A stretch of 64,000 nucleotides of DNA from a virus. Its lineage: Duplodnaviria > Caudoviricetes. Shown here one piece after another: positions 1 to 7,742 of this stretch (the first letter of the stretch is position 1; every line of letters begins with the position of its first letter). The stretch is taken from IMG/VR virus record IMGVR_UViG_3300042914_002678, one strand, 5' to 3'. The notes beneath the pieces were generated by a model. That model had not been told where the DNA came from, ran no database searches, and saw only the letters and a program-made list of their open reading frames with translations. A program made the translations under genes and the position numbers.

Positions 1-2
1 AA

Positions 3-492
<490 letters not shown>

Positions 493-496
<4 letters not shown>

Positions 497-612
497 AATT
501 CGGATGGACCCCTGAGGCAGAGATCCTCAACGCTCGTTTGGCAATGCTTGGTTTTGTGATTGCCGTTGGCACTTATCTCACTACTGGGCAAATTATTCCC
601 GGTGTATTTTGA
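493..612 (+). CDS. hli: High-light-inducible protein, 39 aa
   Basis: Hand translation MKFGWTPEAEILNARLAMLGFVIAVGTYLTTGQIIPGVF*, with the AExxNxRLAMxGF chlorophyll-binding motif; AGGAG RBS at 481-485. Confidence 0.93.
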
Positions 613-1151
613 TTGAGGTTAAAATACGTAAAGAACAATATCAAATTCCTCAAGTTGAATTTGTATTTCGTGAGTCTGGTGAGTTTGTAACTCGTACATC
701 TGCAGAACTTTTCGATGGAAAGCGTGTGGTCCTGTTTAGTCTGCCTGGTGCTTTCACTCCTACTTGCAGTGCCTATCAGCTTCCTGGATTCGAAGAGAAA
801 TACGACGACTTTATTGGTAGTGGCATCGACGATATTTACTGCCTCTCTGTTAATGATGGGTTTGTGATGAATGCCTGGGCACAGGACCAGAACATTGAGA
901 AAGTCAAACTCATTCCAGACGGCAATGCTTACTTTACACGTTCTATGGGTATGCTCGTCAGCAAGTCTAACCTTGGTTTCGGAGATCGCTCTTGGCGTTA
1001 TGCTATGGTTGTGGATAACGGAATCATCAGTAAACTTTTCCTTGAAGAGGGTATGCGTGACAACGCCGATACGGATCCCTATCAAGCGTCTACTCCAGAA
1101 GTTGTTCTGGACTATCTGAAAACAACTGTGAAGGAAATCACACTAGTCTGA
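609..1151 (+). CDS. Peroxiredoxin (Prx5/redoxin type)
   Basis: LPGAFTPTCS peroxidatic-Cys motif, SVNDxFVMNAW and SWRYAMVV. Confidence 0.9.
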   Translation: MIEVKIRKEQYQIPQVEFVFRESGEFVTRTSAELFDGKRVVLFSLPGAFTPTCSAYQLPGFEEKYDDFIGSGIDDIYCLSVNDGFVMNAWAQDQNIEKVKLIPDGNAYFTRSMGMLVSKSNLGFGDRSWRYAMVVDNGIISKLFLEEGMRDNADTDPYQASTPEVVLDYLKTTVKEITLV

Positions 1152-1170
1152 TACAATAAAATATAATATG

Positions 1171-1206
1171 AAACTCTGCTTCTAAATAAGGGGCAGAGTT
1201 TTTTTA
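1171..1206 (+). terminator. Rho-independent terminator
   Basis: AACTCTGC...GCAGAGTT stem followed by a T run. Confidence 0.7.
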
Positions 1207-1210
1207 GTAT

Positions 1211-1375
1211 ATGTCCAAAGGATATTTGAGTAAGGAAATTATAAAGTGTGAGGTTCTTAAAATAAAAAGAGACTTGGATAAAGAGTGGATGAATAAATCT
1301 GGTTATGATCCAAAGCATCTTGCTCACCAGTATCTCAACAAAGTCTTGGATAAGATTGAAGAGTACAGGGCTTGA
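1211..1375 (+). CDS. Small hypothetical protein, 54 aa
   Basis: Hand translation MSKGYLSKEIIKCEVLKIKRDLDKEWMNKSGYDPKHLAHQYLNKVLDKIEEYRA*. Confidence 0.6.
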   Translation: MSKGYLSKEIIKCEVLKIKRDLDKEWMNKSGYDPKHLAHQYLNKVLDKIEEYRA

Positions 1376-1400
1376 CAGGAAAATCGGGTAGTGCTATGAT
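1372..1400 (+). promoter_or_regulatory. Sigma70-type promoter upstream of psbA
   Basis: TTGACA-17 nt-TATGAT. Confidence 0.75.
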
Positions 1401-1459
1401 AAATAGGTAAACAAATGTTACGAATCTCTAACAATTCGTAACAATGTTAAGCACCCGTT

Positions 1460-1556
1460 AACCGAGACCTATGGGTGTATAAATTACGTCTCTCATACCC
1501 AGTCTGAGGGTGACTGGGGAATAGTAACTCCACCATTTCCCTGATGGTCTTACTAC
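1460..1556 (+). ncRNA. Structured psbA 5' leader, probably a PhotoRC-II-type motif
   Basis: Hairpins CCCAGTC/GACTGGG (1498-1518) and AGTAA..ACCAT/ATGGT..TTACT (1523-1554) with complementary loops (AGGG/CCCT); family name is from recollection, not a search. Confidence 0.55.
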
Positions 1557-1569
1557 TCTTTTAAAACAA

Positions 1570-2580
1570 ATGACTGCTTCAATCGCTTCACGCCGTTCTG
1601 GCGAAAACCTCTGGGAACAATTTTGCCAGTGGGTAACTTCAACTGATAATCGTCTTTATGTCGGCTGGTTCGGAGTCCTCATGATTCCTTGCCTTCTTGC
1701 TGCTACGACTTGTTTCATCATCGCATTCATCGGTGCTCCCCCTGTGGACATTGATGGTATCCGTGAACCCGTTGCTGGTTCACTCATGTACGGAAACAAC
1801 ATCATCTCTGGTGCTGTGATTCCTTCGTCCAACGCAATTGGACTGCACTTTTATCCAATCTGGGAAGCTGCTTCCCTAGATGAGTGGCTGTACAACGGTG
1901 GTCCTTTCCAACTGGTTGTCTTCCACTTCCTGATTGGTATCTACGCTTATATGGGTCGTGAGTGGGAACTTTCTTACCGTCTAGGTATGCGTCCTTGGAT
2001 CTGCGTTGCATATTCTGCACCTGTTGCTGCTGCTTCTGCCGTATTCCTGGTCTATCCTTTCGGTCAAGGTTCTTTCTCTGACGCTATGCCTCTTGGCATC
2101 TCTGGTACTTTCAACTACATGCTTGTGTTCCAGGCAGAGCACAACATCCTGATGCACCCCTTCCACATGCTTGGTGTGGCTGGTGTGTTCGGCGGCAGCC
2201 TGTTCTCCGCCATGCACGGCTCGCTAGTGACCTCCTCCCTGGTGCGTGAAACCACCGAGAGCGAGTCCCAGAACTACGGCTACAAGTTCGGTCAAGAAGA
2301 AGAGACTTATAACATCGTTGCTGCTCATGGTTATTTCGGACGCCTTATTTTCCAATATGCCTCGTTCAACAACTCTCGTTCACTTCACTTCTTCCTTGCT
2401 GCTTGGCCTGTAGTTGGTATCTGGTTCACTGCTCTTGGTGTTAGCACCATGGCATTCAACCTCAACGGTTTCAACTTCAACCAGTCCATTATCGACTCAC
2501 AAGGTCGTGTGCTCAACACTTGGGCTGATGTTCTGAACCGTGCTGGACTCGGATTAGAGGTGATGCACGAACGCAACGCT
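1570..2580 (+). CDS. psbA: Photosystem II D1, exon 1 (337 codons)
   Basis: Canonical D1 sequence up to EVMHERNA, after which homology breaks. Confidence 0.97.
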
Positions 2581-2789
2581 CGATTTGTGGGCGCCCTTGC
2601 CTGAAAAGACAAGGTAAACTTCGGATGAATTGCTGGAAACCCTAACGGGCAATCAGCAGCCAAGCCCTAGACGCTTCTAGGGAAGGTTCAGAGACTAGGT
2701 GGTTTCCCAAGCGTGGGATGTAATACACCAATAGCGTCCGACACCTAACCTCATAAAGAGTATGGTGAAGATATAGTCCAAACTGGAAG
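2581..2789 (+). mobile_element. Group I self-splicing intron in psbA, 209 nt, no internal ORF
   Basis: 5' exon ends in U and the intron ends in G; P AATTGCTGGAAA (2628-2639), Q AATCAGCAG (2651-2659), R GTTCAGAGACTA (2686-2697), S AAGATATAGTCC (2768-2779); P3 TCGGATG/CGTCCGA; removal restores D1 in frame. Confidence 0.95.
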
Positions 2790-2861
2790 CACAACTTCCC
2801 ACTTGACCTTGCAGCAGCAGAAGCAACCCCAGTTGCTCTTACTGCTCCCGCAATCGGTTAA
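2790..2861 (+). CDS. psbA: Photosystem II D1, exon 2
   Basis: HNFPLDLAAAEATPVALTAPAIG*, giving a spliced D1 of 360 aa. Confidence 0.97.
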   Translation, partial: HNFPLDLAAAEATPVALTAPAIG

Positions 2862-2868
2862 TAAAATT

Positions 2869-2894
2869 AGAGACCCTCACGGGTCTCTTTTTTT
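2869..2894 (+). terminator. psbA terminator
   Basis: AGAGACCC-TCAC-GGGTCTCT followed by a T run. Confidence 0.85.
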
Positions 2895-2913
2895 ATGCTA
2901 TAATGTATAAATA
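2895..2913 (+). promoter_or_regulatory. Extended -10 plus T4 late promoter for the endonuclease gene
   Basis: TGcTATAAT immediately followed by TATAAATA (2906-2913). Confidence 0.65.
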
Positions 2914-2939
2914 ATGTAGTAGAGACAGCAGCAGTAAGA

Positions 2940-3515
2940 ATGAAACATAAACATCATATTGTTCCAAGACATATGGGTGGAACTGACGACCCATCAAATC
3001 TTATTGAACTGACTGTGGAAGAACACGCAGAGGCACACAGAAAGTTATGGGAGCAATATGGTAATATCAAAGATTATTGTGCTTGGAAAGGTTTAGAAGG
3101 AACCATTGGTAAAGAAGAAATCGTAAGGTTGCTGATGGACCCAACTGGAAGAGTTCATACAGAAGAAACCAAACAAAAAATTAGTCAATCACATAAAGGT
3201 AAATTGAAGCATACAGAAGAGAGTAAAGAAAAGTTGAGACAGTTTAGAACTGGTATGAAGTTGAGTGAAGAGCATAAGGCAAAAATATCAAAGAGTTTAG
3301 AAGGTAATACTTATATGGTTGGTAAAAAATTGAGTGATGAGACGAAGAAGAAAATAAGTGAGGCAGGTAAAGGTAATAAGAGAGCATCTGGTCCGCATAA
3401 TATTAGCGAAGAGGCAAAAAGAAATAGAAGTGAAGCAACAAAGGAAAGATGGAGACAATATAGAATATCAAAAGGACTTGACCCAGATAAAACTATTGAT
3501 GCACGATATAGATGA
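2940..3515 (+). CDS. Free-standing HNH homing endonuclease with NUMOD3 DNA-binding repeats
   Basis: N-terminal HHIVPRHMGGTDDPSNLIELTVEEHAEAH; repeats HTEETKQKISQSHKG, HTEESKEKL, LSEEHKAKISKSLEG and LSDETKKKISEAGKG. Confidence 0.88.
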   Translation: MKHKHHIVPRHMGGTDDPSNLIELTVEEHAEAHRKLWEQYGNIKDYCAWKGLEGTIGKEEIVRLLMDPTGRVHTEETKQKISQSHKGKLKHTEESKEKLRQFRTGMKLSEEHKAKISKSLEGNTYMVGKKLSDETKKKISEAGKGNKRASGPHNISEEAKRNRSEATKERWRQYRISKGLDPDKTIDARYR

Positions 3516-3528
3516 GTAGAAATTCCTA

Positions 3529-3557
3529 TTGACCTATTTTGTAAAGTATTGTAAACT
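3529..3557 (+). promoter_or_regulatory. psbD promoter overlapped by an HLR1 (RpaB) box
   Basis: TTGACC-17-TAAACT; the minus strand of 3538-3555 reads TTTACAAT-AC-TTTACAAA, matching (G/T)TTACA(T/A)(T/A)-N2 repeated twice. Confidence 0.7.
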
Positions 3558-3583
3558 AAATATGAGAAACGATAATGGAGGTT

Positions 3584-4645
3584 ATGACTTCTTCTACTCT
3601 TTCACTGCCGAACCAACAAAAAGGTTGGTTTGATTTACTTGATGATTGGTTGAAGCGTGATAGGTTTGTGTTCGTTGGATGGAGTGGTTTATTGCTCTTT
3701 CCTTGTGCCTATCTTGCTCTTGGTGGATGGTTAACTGGAACGACATTTGTTACAAGTTGGTATACACACGGTATTGCTTCCAGTTATTTGGAAGGTTGCA
3801 ATTTTTTAACGTCTGCGGTAAGCACCCCAGCAGACGCTATGGGTCATTCTCTTCTTCTTCTCTGGGGTCCTGAAGCTCAGGGGGATATCGTCAGGTGGTT
3901 CCAACTTGGGGGACTCTGGCCTTTTGTGGCACTCCACGGGGCTTTCGCTCTAATCGGATTCATGCTTCGTCAGTTTGAGATTGCTCGTTTGGTAGGTATC
4001 CGTCCTTACAACGCAATCGCATTCTCTGGTCCTATTGCCGTATTTGTTTCAGTATTTCTAATGTATCCACTGGGTCAATCCAGCTGGTTCTTTGCTCCCT
4101 CCTTTGGTGTCGCAGCAATCTTCAGGTTCCTTCTGTTTCTTCAGGGTTTCCATAACTGGACTCTCAACCCCTTCCATATGATGGGAGTTGCTGGTATACT
4201 GGGAGGAGCACTACTCTGTGCGATTCACGGAGCAACTGTAGAAAACACACTTTATGAAGACAGTGATCAATCAAACACTTTCAAAGCATTTGAACCTACA
4301 CAGGAAGAAGAAACGTATTCAATGGTTACTGCAAACCGATTCTGGTCACAGATATTTGGTATTGCTTTTAGTAACAAGCGTTGGTTGCATTTCTTCATGC
4401 TATTTGTTCCTGTCATGGGTCTTTGGACTTCCAGCATTGGTATCATTGGTCTTGCCCTTAATCTACGTGCTTACGATTTTGTAAGTCAGGAGATTCGTGC
4501 TGCTGAAGACCCGGAATTTGAGACATTTTACACAAAAAATATACTTCTTAATGAGGGGTTAAGAGCGTGGATGGCACCTGTTGATCAGCCAGGGGAACGA
4601 TTTGTCTTTCCCGAGGAAGTTCTACCGAGAGGCAACGCACTCTAA
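3584..4645 (+). CDS. psbD: Photosystem II D2
   Basis: Canonical D2 from [21 protein letters not shown] to [10 protein letters not shown]; GGAGG RBS favours the ATG at 3584 over 3575. Confidence 0.97.
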   Translation: MTSSTLSLPNQQKGWFDLLDDWLKRDRFVFVGWSGLLLFPCAYLALGGWLTGTTFVTSWYTHGIASSYLEGCNFLTSAVSTPADAMGHSLLLLWGPEAQGDIVRWFQLGGLWPFVALHGAFALIGFMLRQFEIARLVGIRPYNAIAFSGPIAVFVSVFLMYPLGQSSWFFAPSFGVAAIFRFLLFLQGFHNWTLNPFHMMGVAGILGGALLCAIHGATVENTLYEDSDQSNTFKAFEPTQEEETYSMVTANRFWSQIFGIAFSNKRWLHFFMLFVPVMGLWTSSIGIIGLALNLRAYDFVSQEIRAAEDPEFETFYTKNILLNEGLRAWMAPVDQPGERFVFPEEVLPRGNAL

Positions 4646-4654
4646 AATAAATAA

Positions 4655-4682
4655 GGGAGTTCTACAAGAACTCCTTTTTTTA
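4655..4682 (+). terminator. psbD terminator
   Basis: GGAGTTCT/AGAACTCC stem followed by a T run. Confidence 0.75.
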
Positions 4683-4762
4683 TGTCATTTCTTTTAATTC
4701 TTTTTCTATTTCAACTCTTTGGTATCATTATGTTTATATTGTCCATTACACAAGATCTCTAA
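4682..4762 (+). CDS. Possible 26-aa hydrophobic peptide
   Basis: Hand translation MSFLLILFLFQLFGIIMFILSITQDL*; no clear RBS. Confidence 0.3.
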   Translation: MSFLLILFLFQLFGIIMFILSITQDL

Positions 4763-4787
4763 TACATAAAACAGTTATTTCTTACTA

Positions 4788-4949
4788 ATGAAAAACCTAG
4801 AACTTTCAGAAGAACAAATTAAACTTCTTGCAGATGCATTATGGATGAGACAAAGATGTTTCGTCGCAGGAGATAGAAGATTTAAAGAATATGGATCAAT
4901 GTTAGATACACTTCTAGAAGGAATGGAATATACTCCCAAAAGATTTTGA
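4788..4949 (+). CDS. Small hypothetical protein, 53 aa
   Basis: Hand translation MKNLELSEEQIKLLADALWMRQRCFVAGDRRFKEYGSMLDTLLEGMEYTPKRF*. Confidence 0.65.
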   Translation: MKNLELSEEQIKLLADALWMRQRCFVAGDRRFKEYGSMLDTLLEGMEYTPKRF

Positions 4950-4951
4950 TT

Positions 4952-5656
4952 ATGACTTACGATACAGTTTTCATTTCTGATATACATTTAGGAACACCTA
5001 GATGTAATAGTGAAAAGTTTCTGAAGTTTCTGAAAGAACTCAAAACTAAAAAGTTAGTGATGGTAGGTGATATTATAGACATCTACTGTATGGAAAAATA
5101 TAATACTCGTTGGGCAAAAGAACATACAGAATGCGTTCATCAGATTCTAAACCTTGCAAAGAAGGGGACAGAAATCGTTTATATACTTGGAAATCATGAA
5201 GGACAGATTCGTCGTTACACGAACTTTGAGCACGAGAACTTTCAAATGGTAGATGAGTATACACATAAAGACTCAAAGGGAAATAAGTTTCTTTGTATTC
5301 ACGGAGATAAGTATTCTGAGTATTCTTCTGGGTCTTGGAAACAACTCATTTTCAACAAAGGATATGAGATTATTACACCCCTGAGTTTGTGGTTGGAAAG
5401 ATTCTTCCGATTCTCTTTGGTGTATTTCTTAAAGAATAGTGTGCGTGGTAAGAATTATATCAATCAGTATGAGACTGATATTGCTTCTTATTGTGCTCAA
5501 AGAGATAAGAAGTATGATGGTGTAATATGTGGTCATATTCATTCGGCAAATATACGGTATTTTAATAAAATTCTGTATATGTGCTGTGGAGATTTTGTGG
5601 ATACTTGCTCTGCGATTGTGGAGAAAAATGGAATGTATGCATTGGAAAAATACTGA
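4952..5656 (+). CDS. Calcineurin-like metallophosphoesterase (LpxH/UDP-2,3-diacylglucosamine hydrolase-like)
   Basis: ISDIHLG, VGDIID, GNHE, HGD and GHIH motifs. Confidence 0.85.
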   Translation: MTYDTVFISDIHLGTPRCNSEKFLKFLKELKTKKLVMVGDIIDIYCMEKYNTRWAKEHTECVHQILNLAKKGTEIVYILGNHEGQIRRYTNFEHENFQMVDEYTHKDSKGNKFLCIHGDKYSEYSSGSWKQLIFNKGYEIITPLSLWLERFFRFSLVYFLKNSVRGKNYINQYETDIASYCAQRDKKYDGVICGHIHSANIRYFNKILYMCCGDFVDTCSAIVEKNGMYALEKY

Positions 5657-5697
5657 CCAAGATCTATGAAATAAATATTCATAAGTTGCAAGTACTT

Positions 5698-6069
5698 ATG
5701 AATATTCTCCAGTCGCCTCAAGACTACTTGTTCAATTTACAGACAACAAGTTCATCTGAAGCAAAACGATTATGGAGAAAGCAGATAAAAGAAAGTTGGA
5801 GTCATAAATGTGCTTACTGTAACTCCGAAGAAAATTTAACATTAGATCACGTTGTTCCACAATCAAAAGGTGGTTTAGATATTACAAGAAATGTAGTATG
5901 CTGTTGCCATTCTTGTAATCAATCTAAAGGTCATGAGTATTGGAAGTTATGGTATGTCCAACAAGACTTTTATAATGAAGATAGTTTGAATAAAATAGAA
6001 GACTGGATGAAACCTCCATTACCAACAAATCTTTACAGTTATCGTCCAAGAAGGAATAATGCTTCATGA
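5698..6069 (+). CDS. HNH endonuclease (McrA/HNH_5-like)
   Basis: CAYC...LTLDHVVPQSKGG...NVVCCCHSCNQSKG; start moved to the ATG at 5698. Confidence 0.85.
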   Translation: MNILQSPQDYLFNLQTTSSSEAKRLWRKQIKESWSHKCAYCNSEENLTLDHVVPQSKGGLDITRNVVCCCHSCNQSKGHEYWKLWYVQQDFYNEDSLNKIEDWMKPPLPTNLYSYRPRRNNAS

Positions 6070-6206
6070 TAAATTCAACAACTCCATATAAACTGGCAGA
6101 AATCATTCGTGATACTTGGCCCAACCTTTACAGACCTGCCAAAGTATCTTATAATAAAGAAAAGGACTTAAATAATGAACGAATATTGGAACGTAACAGA
6201 CAATAG
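6066..6206 (+). CDS. Small hypothetical protein, 46 aa
   Basis: Hand translation MINSTTPYKLAEIIRDTWPNLYRPAK...; ATGA overlap with the HNH stop. Confidence 0.5.
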   Translation: MINSTTPYKLAEIIRDTWPNLYRPAKVSYNKEKDLNNERILERNRQ

Positions 6207-6447
6207 AACTGGAAGAGTCATCGCACATTGTGGAGATATTAATGACGCACTTATGATGGTGAGTTTCGATCCGCATAATCGGTCTTACAGTCGTCATCGT
6301 TTTCTTATGGATCAGGTGATTGATATTTCTTCTACTACTGATAAGCAACTTCCTGGGCAGATTGGATTACCTGCTGGACAAGTAAATCAAATTAATCCAG
6401 AAAGAATTAGACTTAATGAAGGTTATGGTGAACCTGTAATTGTATGA
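6175..6447 (+). CDS. Hypothetical protein
   Basis: ORF track; overlaps the next gene by 4 nt. Confidence 0.7.
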   Translation: MNEYWNVTDNRTGRVIAHCGDINDALMMVSFDPHNRSYSRHRFLMDQVIDISSTTDKQLPGQIGLPAGQVNQINPERIRLNEGYGEPVIV

Positions 6448-7445
6448 ATCATATTGTAGAATATAAATTATCTATTTTGTTTTATGGAGTTGATTCTCCA
6501 GTAAATAATCATGAGTATATTCTAAATGATATTTTTGCAAATTATAAACATATTGATTGTGATTATATTTTAGTTGGTGGCGAAAATCAGTTAAATAAAG
6601 ACTATGATGTTCTTGTTTATAATTGTGCCGATCCAACACGATACAGTCATTTTGGATTTCCACCAACGTATGAACAAGTTAAAAATTTAGTTTTAAAGTG
6701 TAAACCAAAAATTATAATACAATTAGCAGATGAATGTTTTCATGAACATAATGAAATTCATAATTTATTGGCAAATTTTTGTAATTTATTTTTAAAACAG
6801 CATAGGCATGAAACTCAACTTTACTCTTACAGTGATAACTTATTTCCAATTCCTTTAGGATATGTAAATCAATTTTATGATCGTAAAAAAACTTTAAAAC
6901 CAATTTCAGAAAGAAAATATACTTGGTCTTGGGTTGGAGTTCTTAAAAATGATAGAAGGGAAATGATAAATTCTTTTTGGTCTATGTGGAAAAATATTGT
7001 AGTTTGTAATGCTTATATGCCAACAAGTGAGGTTTTTGATTTATACTCAGAATCAATATTTGTTCCTTGTGGGAGGGGAAATTTTTCTTTGGATTGTTTT
7101 AGAAATTATGAGGCTACAATATCTGGAGCAATTCCTGTTATTGTTGGTCCAGAAGAAGAAATTGATTGGACTTTTAATTTTTTTGAAGAAAAACCACCTT
7201 GGATTTATGCCCAAAGTTGGGAAGAAGCAACTCAAAAATGTCAGCAAGTTCAATTTCAATTTGATATTTTACAAAGTATGCAAGAAGAAAATATTTTTTG
7301 GTGGAAAAGAATGTTAAATAATATTCAAGTTAGGGTAAAAGAAGCACTACTTAACGAAGTAATTGCGTCTCCCAATATCATTGAAGAATTAAAAAATAAA
7401 GAAAATAATATTACTAAACCAATCTCTATAGTTTGCTACCAATAA
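6444..7445 (+). CDS. Putative glycosyltransferase (exostosin/GT47-like)
   Basis: C-terminal SIFVPCGRGN..LDCFRNYEATISGAIPVI motif. Confidence 0.6.
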   Translation: MNHIVEYKLSILFYGVDSPVNNHEYILNDIFANYKHIDCDYILVGGENQLNKDYDVLVYNCADPTRYSHFGFPPTYEQVKNLVLKCKPKIIIQLADECFHEHNEIHNLLANFCNLFLKQHRHETQLYSYSDNLFPIPLGYVNQFYDRKKTLKPISERKYTWSWVGVLKNDRREMINSFWSMWKNIVVCNAYMPTSEVFDLYSESIFVPCGRGNFSLDCFRNYEATISGAIPVIVGPEEEIDWTFNFFEEKPPWIYAQSWEEATQKCQQVQFQFDILQSMQEENIFWWKRMLNNIQVRVKEALLNEVIASPNIIEELKNKENNITKPISIVCYQ

Positions 7446-7448
7446 GTT

Positions 7449-7649
7449 TTGAATTACCGTAAACGAAAACAAGCAGAAAATCAAAAAAATAAAAAGATGT
7501 ATACTCCTGACGGATATATTTCAGATCCTCCCGATGCTGTTTGTCCTCATTGTGGAAAAAAACAAAAATCTTGTTCTTATGTAAATAGTTTAAGTCGTGC
7601 TTGGGCAAGAAATGCATGTTCTAAAAAACAAAATAAACAAAATAAATAA
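7449..7649 (+). CDS. Small basic hypothetical protein with CPHC; start may be 7497
   Basis: ORF track. Confidence 0.5.
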   Translation: MNYRKRKQAENQKNKKMYTPDGYISDPPDAVCPHCGKKQKSCSYVNSLSRAWARNACSKKQNKQNK

Positions 7650-7676
7650 GACAAAAAATAGAGTATAAAATCACTT

Positions 7677-7684
7677 TATAAATA
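7677..7684 (+). promoter_or_regulatory. T4-type late promoter
   Basis: TATAAATA upstream of the giant fibre gene; exact copies also at 14866-14873 and 19567-19574. Confidence 0.7.
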
Positions 7685-7742
7685 TAAAAAAGTAGATCTT
7701 TGATTAAGATCATTAAAGTTTTTTATATTTTAGAGGACTATA

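Noticed and set aside
573-1085. Minus-strand ORFs antisense to prx, psbA, gp32 and the baseplate genes (e.g. 573-1085, 34995-35714, 49684-50241)
   Set aside because: They lie fully opposite well-supported genes and show no recognisable motifs
1570-2604. ORF-track psbA as a simple 344-aa or truncated gene
   Set aside because: The C-terminus is intron read-through; the true exon 2 is at 2790-2861
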